Virus record (IMG/VR): IMGVR_UViG_3300028734_000021
Span: 4,094-68,093 of that record
Length of the DNA: 64,000 nucleotides
Reading direction: 5' to 3' (one strand)
Source: a virus
A program made the translations under genes and the position numbers. Below are positions 45,241 to 55,863 of this stretch, piece after piece (the first letter of the stretch is position 1; each line of letters starts with the position of its first letter). The notes beneath the pieces were generated by a model. It did not search any database and was not told where the DNA came from. It saw only the letters and a list, made by a program, of their open reading frames with translations.

Positions 45241-45675
45241 TTAAACTTTTTGTTTTAAAATATCGTTTAAATAATGTAGACAATGTTTTATTGAATCTTT
45301 TGATACATAATCGCATAATTCTTTATTTTCATTATTGTTACTAATTATTTCGAAATTATTTATAAAATTAATAACAATAAATCGTAACAATTTAATATTA
45401 TCAAATTCAATATTATAAAAAATTTCTGTTATTGTTGGAGTAAGAATATTTGTTTTTATTTGATTATAAGAAACATAAATATTACGAATTACTCTTTTAT
45501 TAAAATCTGTTATAAAAAAATTATTTTTCTTTTGAAAACAAAAATTCAATAATGCAATAAATTCATTTATATCATTACATTTTATTTCTGAATCTTCAGG
45601 TATTTTATTTTTAATTTTTTCTCCATAATCTTTGTAAATAATTTTACAAGTTTCAACTAATAATTTTTCCATCAC
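45241..45675 (-). CDS. Hypothetical protein
   Basis: Operon ORF. Confidence 0.65.
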   Translation of the reverse strand: MMEKLLVETCKIIYKDYGEKIKNKIPEDSEIKCNDINEFIALLNFCFQKKNNFFITDFNKRVIRNIYVSYNQIKTNILTPTITEIFYNIEFDNIKLLRFIVINFINNFEIISNNNENKELCDYVSKDSIKHCLHYLNDILKQKV

Positions 45676-45690
45676 ATTATTTTTATATTA

Positions 45691-46035
45691 TTATATTTTT
45701 ATTCTTATATTCTTATTTAGTATATTATTGTTTTTATGATTTTCATCTATATTTTCATCTAAAGATAATAATTTATCAACAATACCAATTTGAATGTTTT
45801 TTAATCTCATAACATATTGCACTTGTGCTATTGTCGGAGTTGCTTTTGCATTTATCTGACACTTTTTACAAAAAATAGAATTAACACCATATTGTTTATA
45901 ACTAACATAAATTTCTTTTAAACAATGTAAACACCACCATTTTGTTTTTGTTGTCAATCTATATTTATATTGATTTGTTCTTCTTTGTCTATTATTTATG
46001 CAAATTCTCAAAGTTTGTTCTTTTGTAAATTCCAT
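45691..46035 (-). CDS. Zinc-finger protein
   Basis: CLHC..CKKC; basic N-terminus. Confidence 0.6.
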   Translation of the reverse strand: MEFTKEQTLRICINNRQRRTNQYKYRLTTKTKWWCLHCLKEIYVSYKQYGVNSIFCKKCQINAKATPTIAQVQYVMRLKNIQIGIVDKLLSLDENIDENHKNNNILNKNIRIKI

Positions 46036-46062
46036 ATAATTATTGATTTAAAATGATTTTTA

Positions 46063-46099
46063 TTAAAAAAGGTTGGTTGAAATTCAACCAACCTTTTAA
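46063..46099 (-). terminator. Intrinsic terminator after MCP
   Basis: AAAAGGTTGGTTGAA / TTCAACCAACCTTTT. Confidence 0.75.
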
Positions 46100-46120
46100 T
46101 TATTTAATAACTTAATTTAA

Positions 46121-47953
46121 TTAAGCCCAACCATATTTATTAATAAATACTGCTGTATAATAATTCAATTCAGGATAAAAACCAATATCTGCAATCTGGA
46201 AACGTGACCAAACACGAATCTTTTCAGCCATATTCTGTTCAGCAACCATTTGACGACTTGCAGCCAAATCATAAGCTAAGAATTTTGCTCCTGGATCAGT
46301 ATCATTACCACGACGACCAAATAAAATACGAGGATCATCAAAGCTAATTTTTGGATTTTTATAAACATTTACTGTTTCAAAAATAGTACCAGCATAATGC
46401 AATTCAGGATTAGCACTGAAAGAAGTAGTAACAGGACAAGCACTAAAAGTAGATTGTTTTTTCAAACAAGCAGCAAGAGTACCACCAAGAACTACGAAAT
46501 CAGGAGGTGCAATACGATTTTGTTGAGCAACAAATTCAAGAATCAACAAAATACGAGCATATAAACGTTCTCCATGAGTCATTTGATTTTCATAAGCAGC
46601 AGATACTAATGAATTTGTCAAATTTTCCATTTTAGTACGACAATCATCACCAATAATATCATCAAATGTAACATCAACATCACTCATTGGTAAAGTTACA
46701 TTAGTTGGAGTATCAATGTAAAGTGAATAATTTGCACCTTGTGACTGAAAAGCATTAACTGCATGAGTTACACCTAATTTATATAAGTGAGTTAAAATTA
46801 CTTCATCCAAAGATTGAACCAATTGATTCTGAACTCCTGTGTAAAGATGAGAAATAACATTCACACCCATTGCAGCCATATCCTTAATCTGAATGTTACT
46901 GGTATCAGCTTCAATTTCTAAACCAACCATTTCAAGTTGTTTGTCCATTGCAATTACATTCAATTTATGTTTAGGTCCTTTTTCGTGTTGTGCACGAGCC
47001 ATTCCACCAAGAGAATTATTGTTTGAAGCAGCTTCAGCAATATTTTGACGTACAGCAGATGCATATCCAACACCAATAAGACTAATTACAGTACCACCAG
47101 CAATAACAGTTGGAGCAGCAACATAAACTTTACCAGGAGCTGCATTAATAGCATCAACAACTTCTTTAACAGTTACTGAATTATCATAAACATAAGCAAT
47201 TTCAGTAGTTGTTGTTGCTTTACCTGTTGCGATAACTTCAACTGTAATTGCAGCTTTTACAGTTGAACCAAGCATAAAGCGAACTTTTAATACTTTTCCA
47301 TTAGCAGCAACAATAATAACTTCTGTAGTTGCACGTTTCAAAGCTTGTGCTTTAATCCATGAACGAGTAAAAATTGGAGAACTCAATTCAATAAATGTTG
47401 GCAAATTAGCAACATCATCAAAAGTACCACCACCATAAACAGTATCAATATAAGTTACTAATACTTTAGGGGTATCAACAGCAATTGTTGGCATAAGGTC
47501 AAAACCAATACAATTCAAAGCAATATGATTTTGAAGACCAAATACATAACTTGGAACATCACCTGAACCTGCTTTATATCCTGGATTCCAAATACCTCCA
47601 GCTAAAGCTGAAGAAGAAGCTGGATTAGCAACAGCCCCCATTCCAATAACATTACCTGGAGTTGAAACACTTTCAAATAAGTTTTTAAGTTGTGGCATTG
47701 CACTTCCGAAAATACTTGCATCTTCATTCAAAGGACTTGCACCCATTAAATTAGCAATACGTGTACGGTTACCATATTGGTCAGCAACAAACTGCAGACG
47801 TTCTTTTTTAATAGCATCTCTACCTGAACCATGTTCAAATTTTGCAAATTCAGAAGCAAATGCTGATTCCAATAATGGTTTCATAGCATCAGAAGTTCTC
47901 TGATCGAGTTCTGTGTGCTTGTAAATAGATTTCTTAATAATTTCTAAAGCCAT
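46121..47953 (-). CDS. Major capsid protein (T4 gp23-like)
   Basis: LMPTIAVDTPKVLVTYIDTVY and KQLEMVGLEIEADTS..QIKDMAAMGVN..QLVQSLDEVIL parallel gp23; follows portal-protease-scaffold; high-expression codons. Confidence 0.85.
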   Translation of the reverse strand: MALEIIKKSIYKHTELDQRTSDAMKPLLESAFASEFAKFEHGSGRDAIKKERLQFVADQYGNRTRIANLMGASPLNEDASIFGSAMPQLKNLFESVSTPGNVIGMGAVANPASSSALAGGIWNPGYKAGSGDVPSYVFGLQNHIALNCIGFDLMPTIAVDTPKVLVTYIDTVYGGGTFDDVANLPTFIELSSPIFTRSWIKAQALKRATTEVIIVAANGKVLKVRFMLGSTVKAAITVEVIATGKATTTTEIAYVYDNSVTVKEVVDAINAAPGKVYVAAPTVIAGGTVISLIGVGYASAVRQNIAEAASNNNSLGGMARAQHEKGPKHKLNVIAMDKQLEMVGLEIEADTSNIQIKDMAAMGVNVISHLYTGVQNQLVQSLDEVILTHLYKLGVTHAVNAFQSQGANYSLYIDTPTNVTLPMSDVDVTFDDIIGDDCRTKMENLTNSLVSAAYENQMTHGERLYARILLILEFVAQQNRIAPPDFVVLGGTLAACLKKQSTFSACPVTTSFSANPELHYAGTIFETVNVYKNPKISFDDPRILFGRRGNDTDPGAKFLAYDLAASRQMVAEQNMAEKIRVWSRFQIADIGFYPELNYYTAVFINKYGWA

Positions 47954-48020
47954 AATAATTTTGTTTTTTTAATTTAACAATATTTTTTAATAAAATTTTA
48001 ATTCGAAATAAGAATGAATT

Positions 48021-48935
48021 TTAGATTCCTAAATAAAATGAACGAACTGATTCATTTAAATTTTGATCTTTTTCTTTCTTTTGTTGTTCAGCATCTTGTT
48101 TTTGTTTCAACTGTTTTTGTTCATCCTGTTGTTTTTGTTTCAACTCCTGTTGTTGTTGTTGTTGAATTTTTTGCAACTTCTGTTGTTTTTCCTGTTGAGC
48201 TTGTTTCAATTGTTGCTTTTCCTGTTGTTTTTTAACCGGAGTTTTTTGCTGAACTTGTTGTTGTTGTTCAAGTTTCTGTTGTTCATTTTCCTGTAACTTT
48301 TGAACTTGTTGTTTTTGTACTTGTTGTTTTTGTTTCAACTCAACTTGTTCTTTCTGTTGTTTTTCCTTCAACTGTTGTTGATCTTTCTGTTGTTTCTGAT
48401 CTTGTTGATCTTTCTGTTGTTTCTGATCTTGTTGATCTTTCTGTTGTTTCTGATCTTGTTGATCTTTATCATCATCTTCATTAAGATCTTTTTGTTTTCC
48501 ACAAGATTCTTTCAACTGTTGTTGCTCTTTCTGTTGTTTTTCTTTCAACTGTTGTTGCTCTTTCTGTTGTTTTTCTTTCAACTGTTGTTGAGCTTTTTGT
48601 TGTTGAACTTTTTCATCTTTTTCAGATTCAAAAAGTTGTTCATCATCAAGGAAATCTTGATCATTTTGATCTAACTCATTACCGTCAACATCAGCGAAAA
48701 TATCATTTTCGTCAAGAAGCATTTGATCTTCAAAATCTTCGTCAGAAAATTGATCATCATCTTGATAGAGTTGATCAGGATTTTCTTCAGATTCTTGCAA
48801 ATCTAAATCATCTTGATTTTGAAATAAATCTTCATCATCAAGAAAATCTTGTTGTGATTCATTCAAATTTTCTAATGCCATTTCGGTTTCAACTTCGGAA
48901 ATATTCCCAAGTATCATTTCAATAAAACCTTTCAT
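48021..48935 (-). CDS. Prohead core/scaffolding protein, acidic and Q/K-rich
   Basis: Between protease and MCP; many LxE sites; coiled-coil repeats. Confidence 0.7.
   Translation of the reverse strand: MKGFIEMILGNISEVETEMALENLNESQQDFLDDEDLFQNQDDLDLQESEENPDQLYQDDDQFSDEDFEDQMLLDENDIFADVDGNELDQNDQDFLDDEQLFESEKDEKVQQQKAQQQLKEKQQKEQQQLKEKQQKEQQQLKESCGKQKDLNEDDDKDQQDQKQQKDQQDQKQQKDQQDQKQQKDQQQLKEKQQKEQVELKQKQQVQKQQVQKLQENEQQKLEQQQQVQQKTPVKKQQEKQQLKQAQQEKQQKLQKIQQQQQQELKQKQQDEQKQLKQKQDAEQQKKEKDQNLNESVRSFYLGI
48340..48590. repeat. Coding tandem repeats (27-bp KDQQDQKQQ and 33-bp QQQLKEKQQKE units)
   Basis: TCTTTCTGTTGTTTCTGATCTTGTTGA x3; TCTTTCAACTGTTGTTGCTCTTTCTGTTGTTTT x2+. Confidence 0.8.
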
Positions 48936-49017
48936 ACATTTTTTGTTTTAATTATTAATAATAAATTAATTTATTTTAAAAAAGTTTCCTTTTTAATATC
49001 TTTTGTTATTTTATATA

Positions 49018-50052
49018 TTATTCAATACTTATGGAATAATCATCTTTTATAAATCCTGCAGCTCCTTGATAATAACTTTTGCCTTGATTTTTTACTTTTA
49101 ATTTGTTTTGTGAATTTTGAACCTGTTGAAAAAATTTATTTTGTGATTCTTTCAATTGTTTTTGTTCTTTTTCTTGTGATTCACCTAAATCTTTTTTTGC
49201 TGTTGCTTTTAATTTATCTTCTAATTCTTGTTCATCATTTGATTCACCTTTATCAAGAATTTCAATATCTTCTTTTTTTTCTTGTTTTGAATCATCTTGT
49301 TGATCTTCAGATTCATATAAATCTGTTAAAAGCCATTCATAAAAACAATTTTGCTTTTCATTTAAAGATATATAGTGATTAAATTTATCTGAAATATTTT
49401 TTAAATCTTCTTCATAAATAATACCAGAAAAGCCTTTTTTATTTTTTGATTCAGTTTGAATAAATTTTTGACTTTCATTTAATTCTTTAAAATTTAAAAC
49501 AGCAGCACTAAATCCTGGATGATAAACTAAATCATATGTTGTCATTAATTTGACTTTACAAATTTTAGTTCCATTTGCTTGTTCTTTTTCTTCACCTGCA
49601 GCTCTTGCACTAATTGCAAGTTGTCCACCAGAATGAACTATTTCTTGAGCAATTTTTCCATTAGGAGTATTTAATATAATAAGACGAATATATACTTTCT
49701 TTTCTGATTCAACATACCAAATATCCAATAATTTATGTGAAATATTTTTTGAATTAATAGCATATGAACTTTCAGGATGTTCTAATTCACCGTAAACTCC
49801 TTTTGGTGAAAAAATTTGTTTTCTTAAAACTTGAACAAGTTGTAAATATGTTGGAATATCATAAAATCTTTTGTTATTATTTGGAGAATCAGCAGATAAA
49901 TCAGCACAACAACCTTCCATCACAATTCCCTTATAAAGATGACCTGTTGTTGGGTCAATCATATTTTCTTTTATTTCAGAATAAGGTATTTCTGTTAAAG
50001 GAATCTGATTAGATTCAACATAAAGAAATTTTTTCGTTGTAAGTTCAGCCAT
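49018..50052 (-). CDS. Prohead protease (T4 gp21-like)
   Basis: NNNKRFY, YGELEHP, ISH, ILNTPNGKI, ISARAAG, TYDLVYHPGF. Confidence 0.9.
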   Translation of the reverse strand: MAELTTKKFLYVESNQIPLTEIPYSEIKENMIDPTTGHLYKGIVMEGCCADLSADSPNNNKRFYDIPTYLQLVQVLRKQIFSPKGVYGELEHPESSYAINSKNISHKLLDIWYVESEKKVYIRLIILNTPNGKIAQEIVHSGGQLAISARAAGEEKEQANGTKICKVKLMTTYDLVYHPGFSAAVLNFKELNESQKFIQTESKNKKGFSGIIYEEDLKNISDKFNHYISLNEKQNCFYEWLLTDLYESEDQQDDSKQEKKEDIEILDKGESNDEQELEDKLKATAKKDLGESQEKEQKQLKESQNKFFQQVQNSQNKLKVKNQGKSYYQGAAGFIKDDYSISIE

Positions 50053-50063
50053 AATATGTTGTG

Positions 50064-50945
50064 TTATTTTATTGATTTTAACATTTTATCATTCAAATAT
50101 GTTTCTCTATGATATTTTACAAATTCTTTGAAAAATGAATTTTTATTAATTTGTAATTCAACAATAATAAATGGTTTTATATATTTATCCAATATTATAT
50201 CGTTATTTCTATGCTTTGATGGTCTTATTTCATTAAATAAATTCTTATAACATTTATTAATTGTTGTATCAATTATATTACATAAAGTTCTTAAATCTTC
50301 TTTTGAATTTATTTCAATTTCTGAAAAATCATTATTTTTCTTTAAAGTTTCACAAATATCATTACAAATATCGTTAATATTATCTTCTGTAAATTCAGTA
50401 TCATAAACTTCTGTTAAAGTTAACATTGCTTCTAAACCTTTTGGTTCATCTTTTATTTTATTTTCAATAAGTTTTTTTAATTTATTCTTATCATAATTTT
50501 CAATAAAATCTGAACCTTTTTGAATTTTAATAGAAGTTTCTTCTGATTCTTTTTTAACAACTTTCTTCGCAGGTTTTTTCTTTGCTTCAAATAAATTTGA
50601 AAAACTTTCATTTAAATTTAAATATCCATCAGATTCATTTAAATTATTAATATAAGCTAAAATACCTTGAACAACAACATCTTTTTTATCGTGCTTGTCA
50701 GCAATATCGTCAACAAAACCATCATAATTATCATTATCTATGTTTTCATTATCATATTTAGTTTCAGCTTCATCACAATATTTTTTGAATTTTTTAAAAT
50801 CAATTTTCTTTGCAATATCATCTGTAAAAAAATCCTTTAAAACTTTTTTCTTTTTTCCTTCATTCAAATTAGTTAAATTGTTTTCTCCGAAAACTTCTTG
50901 AAATGATTCATTCAAGTTTAAAAAACCACCTTGTATATTTTCCAT
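50064..50945 (-). CDS. Putative internal head protein
   Basis: Between portal and protease; repeated LNLNESF, LNEG, LFEA. Confidence 0.55.
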   Translation of the reverse strand: MENIQGGFLNLNESFQEVFGENNLTNLNEGKKKKVLKDFFTDDIAKKIDFKKFKKYCDEAETKYDNENIDNDNYDGFVDDIADKHDKKDVVVQGILAYINNLNESDGYLNLNESFSNLFEAKKKPAKKVVKKESEETSIKIQKGSDFIENYDKNKLKKLIENKIKDEPKGLEAMLTLTEVYDTEFTEDNINDICNDICETLKKNNDFSEIEINSKEDLRTLCNIIDTTINKCYKNLFNEIRPSKHRNNDIILDKYIKPFIIVELQINKNSFFKEFVKYHRETYLNDKMLKSIK

Positions 50946-50988
50946 TTTATAATTTTATAATTTATTTATACTAATAACAATTTGAATT

Positions 50989-52647
50989 TTATTTATAATT
51001 TTCATCATCAATATTACTAATATCTTCAGCTGTTTCTTCCGTTTCTTCTGGAACTTCTTCAGTTATTTCTTCTTCCTTATCTTCAATTAAAACTGTTTCA
51101 TCTGGAAAACCTAACATTTTATTTTCAGCTTTTCTTTCAACTTCCATTGATTTAAGTTGTTCTTGTGTGAAACTTAAATATGTTTTAGAAATCCAACCAA
51201 TTGGAATAGCTTTTCTTGCAACACCGTTAACATCTTCAAGTTCACCAAATCCAGCAATACTTGTTGCTAAATCTACTTTTTTCTGCATTACTTCAAGTTC
51301 AGCAAGTTTTTCATATTCATTAAATGCAATCCAATCCATTTTTATTGCATCAATTAATGATAAATCAACACCAATTTCAGCTTCTTTTAATGTTAATTGA
51401 ATAATAATTGGTTTAATAAATAAAGGATTCATCATTTTCCTTATTGAATTAATGAATTTTCCAAAATTTACTTCAATTTTTCTTAATGAAGTAACATCTG
51501 TAAATCCCCAAGAATCACTTGAATTAGGGTCAATTCTATCATAAGGTATATCAGTATCTTTCCAGAATAATTTTTCCCAATATTGTAAACTATCAACTTC
51601 TGTTAAATCTGGTCCTTGTGTATTTATTTCTTCAATTTCAGGAGAACCACTTGCTGCTGTTTCAGCTGTAAAAAATTCTCTATAACCACTATTATTTGGT
51701 TGATTATTAAATTTAACTATTCCATCATCTCCAAAAGTAAAATGATTTATATATTGGTTTTTTGATTCAGTTAGTTTTTGAATTGCTTCTGTTCTTGCAA
51801 CATCACCCATTGCGAGTTTTATGTGCATTCTAACTTGTGATTTTGCTGCAAACCAAAGAATTTTTGAAGTTTGCATTGATCTCATTATATTGAATGACAT
51901 TCTTAATCTATCAACATAACTCAAATATCCAAAATCAAATTTATTCCATTCAATTAATAAAACTTGATTTTCATTTAAAATTCTTTGTTTTCCATTATTA
52001 TCAGATAATGATTTTTGAACATAATAAATATAATCTCCTTCCTTAAATTTTTGTAAAGATGATGGATCAATTTCTATTAATCCAATAATATCATGAGGAT
52101 TTTTTAAATTATCATATACAATTTCATAAGCTAATTTACCTGTGATAATAAATTCCTTAACTTTATCAATTAAACCATCTTCTTTAAAATTAAAATACTG
52201 ATACATTTTTGGGTAAAAAATAGTATTCAAATATTCATCAATAGCTTTTGCAACATCTTGTTTTGATTCATCAATTAAAGTTAAATTTATTTTTGGATAT
52301 ACTGGATATTTGTTTGTTTCAGTATCCATAATAACTGTTTCATTAGCTATTACATTAACGGCTTTTTTTATTTCATTATTTTCTGAAAATATTAATAAAT
52401 CATTTCTATAATTTATGCTTGTTAATGGTGAAAAAGCATATGTTGTTCTATAACGTATGTCAGGATTAAAAATCATTCCCTGACTATCATTTGTAAAATA
52501 TACAGGATCAGAAGAAGACCCCATTGCTTTTTGTTGAGCTTTTTTATTTATTACTTTATCAGTAGTATTTGCAAGTAAAATCTTTTTCGATAATGTTTTT
52601 TCAACATTACGACCACCAATTATATTAATCCCTGTTGTTAATTTCAT
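50989..52647 (-). CDS. Portal protein (T4 gp20-like)
   Basis: EIKKAVNVIANE, GKLAYE, IDP, SYVDRL..FN, EIEEINTQGPDL, IPYDRI, EVNFGKFI. Confidence 0.88.
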   Translation of the reverse strand: MKLTTGINIIGGRNVEKTLSKKILLANTTDKVINKKAQQKAMGSSSDPVYFTNDSQGMIFNPDIRYRTTYAFSPLTSINYRNDLLIFSENNEIKKAVNVIANETVIMDTETNKYPVYPKINLTLIDESKQDVAKAIDEYLNTIFYPKMYQYFNFKEDGLIDKVKEFIITGKLAYEIVYDNLKNPHDIIGLIEIDPSSLQKFKEGDYIYYVQKSLSDNNGKQRILNENQVLLIEWNKFDFGYLSYVDRLRMSFNIMRSMQTSKILWFAAKSQVRMHIKLAMGDVARTEAIQKLTESKNQYINHFTFGDDGIVKFNNQPNNSGYREFFTAETAASGSPEIEEINTQGPDLTEVDSLQYWEKLFWKDTDIPYDRIDPNSSDSWGFTDVTSLRKIEVNFGKFINSIRKMMNPLFIKPIIIQLTLKEAEIGVDLSLIDAIKMDWIAFNEYEKLAELEVMQKKVDLATSIAGFGELEDVNGVARKAIPIGWISKTYLSFTQEQLKSMEVERKAENKMLGFPDETVLIEDKEEEITEEVPEETEETAEDISNIDDENYK

Positions 52648-52654
52648 TTGATTA

Positions 52655-53533
52655 TTATTTAATTAGTGATTTTTGCTTTTGAATAGTTTCAGAATAAGTC
52701 TTACGAGAAATATCACTATATAAATTATCTGAATATTTTAAATCAAGTAAATCAATATTAAAATATAATTCAATAATATTATTATGTATTAATTCTTTAA
52801 TTTGAAATAAATATGTTTTTATATTTAATTTTTCTTGTTTTATTTTATCTTCAATATTTATATTATTATATAAATCAAGAATATCTTCATTTAAATCATA
52901 ACAAATAATATTTGTTGAAACATCTGTTATAAATAATAATTGTTTTTTTGATTTATCAAAACATATTGATATTAATTTATTTATGGATAAATTAAATTTT
53001 TCAATTAATTCTTTTTGTAAAGCAATATTATTACAAATATCAAATCCATGAATAAATATTGGTCTTTTTGCAAATGTTTTTATTTTAATAATTTCATTTG
53101 AAACTGAATTTAAATCGTTTTGTTTTTCTAAGTCATTAATGATATTTTTTAAATCAATTTTAAAAGTATCAATATTCATTTGGATAGGATTTTTTACTTT
53201 AATATCATCAACAATTAAACTTTCATTTAAACTTTGTTGTATATTTGGTTCATATCCTTCAAGAAATTCATTAACTTTTTGAAAATATGAATAATAATTT
53301 CCACGAGTATTTTTAACAAAAATTGAATCTTCTGGAATTTTATTTATTTGAAAATCGTTTTCAAATAATGGATTAATATCACCAAATAATTGAACCATAT
53401 TAAAATGATACATATTGAATTTGGTTGATTCTTTTAAACCAGTTAATTTAGAAAATTTCTTTATTTCATTGTTACAAGATAAAATTGTACCAATAATTAA
53501 TTGTTCTTTAGATTGTACGGACAAATTTGCCAT
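52655..53533 (-). CDS. Hypothetical protein
   Basis: Structural-cluster ORF with LKES and LNES. Confidence 0.7.
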   Translation of the reverse strand: MANLSVQSKEQLIIGTILSCNNEIKKFSKLTGLKESTKFNMYHFNMVQLFGDINPLFENDFQINKIPEDSIFVKNTRGNYYSYFQKVNEFLEGYEPNIQQSLNESLIVDDIKVKNPIQMNIDTFKIDLKNIINDLEKQNDLNSVSNEIIKIKTFAKRPIFIHGFDICNNIALQKELIEKFNLSINKLISICFDKSKKQLLFITDVSTNIICYDLNEDILDLYNNINIEDKIKQEKLNIKTYLFQIKELIHNNIIELYFNIDLLDLKYSDNLYSDISRKTYSETIQKQKSLIK

Positions 53534-53688
53534 TATATATCAGTATTTAAAATGTTATCCATTTTTGTTTTAAACTTTTCTAATTCTTTTGATACAACAA
53601 ATAATGTTGTTGCAACAGTTTCATTTTCCAGTATTTTATTGGAAAATAATTTCATAAAAAATATTGAAATTCTTGAATTTGTTGCCAT
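53533..53688 (-). CDS. Small hypothetical protein (51 aa, not in ORF track)
   Basis: MATNSRISIFFMK...NILNTDI*; TAATG-coupled to the next gene. Confidence 0.55.
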   Translation of the reverse strand: MATNSRISIFFMKLFSNKILENETVATTLFVVSKELEKFKTKMDNILNTDI

Positions 53689-53692
53689 TGTA

Positions 53693-54025
53693 TTATAAAC
53701 CTATTTTTACTGATGAATTTATTGTTGTTTGTATTGTTCTTATTTGATTATTTAGTTTATCTTCTAATTCCTTTATTTTTGAATTTATTATTTTTTCAAC
53801 TCCGATAGTAAATACTTTTAAATTTATGAAAGCATAATTTTCAGCATATCTTATACATTCAACATCATATGAATTATTTGTTAATGGCATAATTTCAAGC
53901 ATACTGTCTCTTAATATTTCAAAAATTATTTGTTCATCAATAGATAATTTTGAAAATTTTGTTTCATCAATTATTATTAGTTTAATTGATAATTTATCAG
54001 TTATTGTTGTATCTTTATTATCCAT
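53693..54025 (-). CDS. Hypothetical protein
   Basis: Operon ORF. Confidence 0.65.
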   Translation of the reverse strand: MDNKDTTITDKLSIKLIIIDETKFSKLSIDEQIIFEILRDSMLEIMPLTNNSYDVECIRYAENYAFINLKVFTIGVEKIINSKIKELEDKLNNQIRTIQTTINSSVKIGL

Positions 54026-54026
54026 A

Positions 54027-54842
54027 TTATTTACCCATTATTGTTGATTTCCAGTCTATATTTTCTCTTGTTGAAAATTTATTTTTACGACAGAATTTTC
54101 TCCAAGCTATGATTAATTTATCTGCCTTAATACTATCATATCCACGACTTGGAATAAAAACAGCTTTATGCCAATCTCTCAAAGGAAAACGAACAATTTG
54201 ATTCATTCTTTGAGGAATATACATTCTAACACAAAATTTTATTCCATAACGTTCTAAAGCTTTTATAATTACTTTATAATGTATTTGAACTGGTTTTTCT
54301 TGTTTGAAAAATATTTGATAACGATATAATTTCTTAAATAATTCAAAAATAACACAAACAACAATTATTCTTATTTTTGGTGGAAGTAAATGTAAATTAA
54401 ATCCAATATTTCTTGGACCATTTTTAGTAACAACTGGACCTAAACTAATAACTAAAGGAAATTTATCAAACCATGGTAAAACTGAAATAACACCTTTATA
54501 TTTGGGATTTTTATATTCAAATTGAAAAAGGCCACCTTGATATATCATTCTTTTAGAATATTTGTAAACAGAAGCATTTTTAAATACTTCTCCAAATAAC
54601 CATTTAGTTGCTTTTGAAGCAGGTCTATCATTTATCCAAGGATTTTTCATAATCCTTGTTTTCATTGAATAATAACCTGTTTTTATATTTAGTTTATTTA
54701 TTAATTCTGAATCATTATTTGTTGCTCTCGCTTGAGCAAGTGATTGTTTATATTTTATGCCATGAATATCTTTCATGGTTATTTTATCTTTTTTTATATT
54801 CAGAACATCATCAATATTGATAACATTTTTCTTTTGTTTCAT
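54027..54842 (-). CDS. DNA end protector protein (T4 gp2-like)
   Basis: GGLFQFEYKNPKYK..LPWFDKFPLVI..IGFNLHLLPPKIR..CVRMY. Confidence 0.8.
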   Translation of the reverse strand: MKQKKNVINIDDVLNIKKDKITMKDIHGIKYKQSLAQARATNNDSELINKLNIKTGYYSMKTRIMKNPWINDRPASKATKWLFGEVFKNASVYKYSKRMIYQGGLFQFEYKNPKYKGVISVLPWFDKFPLVISLGPVVTKNGPRNIGFNLHLLPPKIRIIVVCVIFELFKKLYRYQIFFKQEKPVQIHYKVIIKALERYGIKFCVRMYIPQRMNQIVRFPLRDWHKAVFIPSRGYDSIKADKLIIAWRKFCRKNKFSTRENIDWKSTIMGK

Positions 54843-54851
54843 ATTCAAATA

Positions 54852-55391
54852 TTAAACACAAATTAAATCTTCAACTGATTGAGTTTTACCATAAATTAAT
54901 GATGGTCCATTATCATCAAAAGCAAGAATACTATCATTATCTTCAAAATAATAAATCTTTGAACTTAATCCTTTACTTGATTTTTTATTAATAATTGAAT
55001 AAATATGTTTTTTTGGATCATAATCCAAATAAACACATGAATTAATTATTTCTGGTTTTAAATCAGATAACATTAATAATAATGATTCTTTTTCTTGAAA
55101 AATATTGTTTTCAATTTGTACTGTTAAAATACCTAATTTTAAATCTTCTGTAATCAATCCAAATAATTCATCATAACCAACAATATTATTTCCTTCAAGT
55201 AAGGTTGAAATTTCAATATAATTTTTATCTGATTTACTTAATCTTCTTTTTAAATCAATAGATGATATAATTTGTCCGGATTTTTCAAATGTCAGAGTAC
55301 AAGGAATATTTATTTTCAATATTGCAATAAGTTCATTATCATTTAATCCTGAAATTTCAATATTGTTTTGTTTTTTATTAAACTTTGCCAT
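54852..55391 (-). CDS. Hypothetical protein
   Basis: Operon ORF. Confidence 0.7.
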   Translation of the reverse strand: MAKFNKKQNNIEISGLNDNELIAILKINIPCTLTFEKSGQIISSIDLKRRLSKSDKNYIEISTLLEGNNIVGYDELFGLITEDLKLGILTVQIENNIFQEKESLLLMLSDLKPEIINSCVYLDYDPKKHIYSIINKKSSKGLSSKIYYFEDNDSILAFDDNGPSLIYGKTQSVEDLICV

Positions 55392-55401
55392 ATTTGTATT
55401 T

Positions 55402-55863
55402 TTAAAATATTTTTGTTTTTAAATGAGTTTCATTAATTACTTTAAAAATATATCCATTAGCTTTACAATATTCAATTGCTGCTCTCCATTTACAAGCATT
55501 TTTATAAATAACTGGATTTAAATGAATTTGTGACTCATTTAATGGACTTTGATTTAAAGGTTTTATTTCAACTATTATTGTTTTTCCATCTCTCATTACA
55601 ACACTAAAATCCGTATGATAATTATGTCTAACCAATACGAATTTACCATTTTTCTTTTCCTTCATTGTATAAGGAATAATTAAATCTTCTGACGTCCAAC
55701 GTTCAACTAAACTATTTGCTTCCATTTTAAACATAAAAGCTAATTCCCAACTTGAACGATAAATTATCGGAGTTTTTCCAAAGTATTTTTTAGGGTTATA
55801 ATGGTCAAAATAACCCTGTTTGAACTTGGATTTGAAATTAGGTTTTAAATTCTTAATGTCCAT
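55402..55863 (-). CDS. Head completion nuclease (T4 gp4-like, TnsA-like fold)
   Basis: NPKKY.G..IIYRSSWE..W.SE..IPY..YHTDF..VEIKP..NACKWRAA..F..INE. Confidence 0.88.
   Translation of the reverse strand: MDIKNLKPNFKSKFKQGYFDHYNPKKYFGKTPIIYRSSWELAFMFKMEANSLVERWTSEDLIIPYTMKEKKNGKFVLVRHNYHTDFSVVMRDGKTIIVEIKPLNQSPLNESQIHLNPVIYKNACKWRAAIEYCKANGYIFKVINETHLKTKIF

Noticed and set aside
48014-48674. Leu/Phe-rich + strand ORFs (48014, 48063, 48300)
   Set aside because: Antisense shadows of the Q/K-rich scaffold repeats
50963-50970. T4-type late promoter TATAAATA on the - strand upstream of 50945
   Set aside because: Single well-placed instance noticed; expected by chance at this AT content and not seen consistently before other late genes
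55402-55863. TnsA transposase / mobile element
   Set aside because: Motifs and context fit the T4 gp4 head-completion nuclease; no other Tn7 genes
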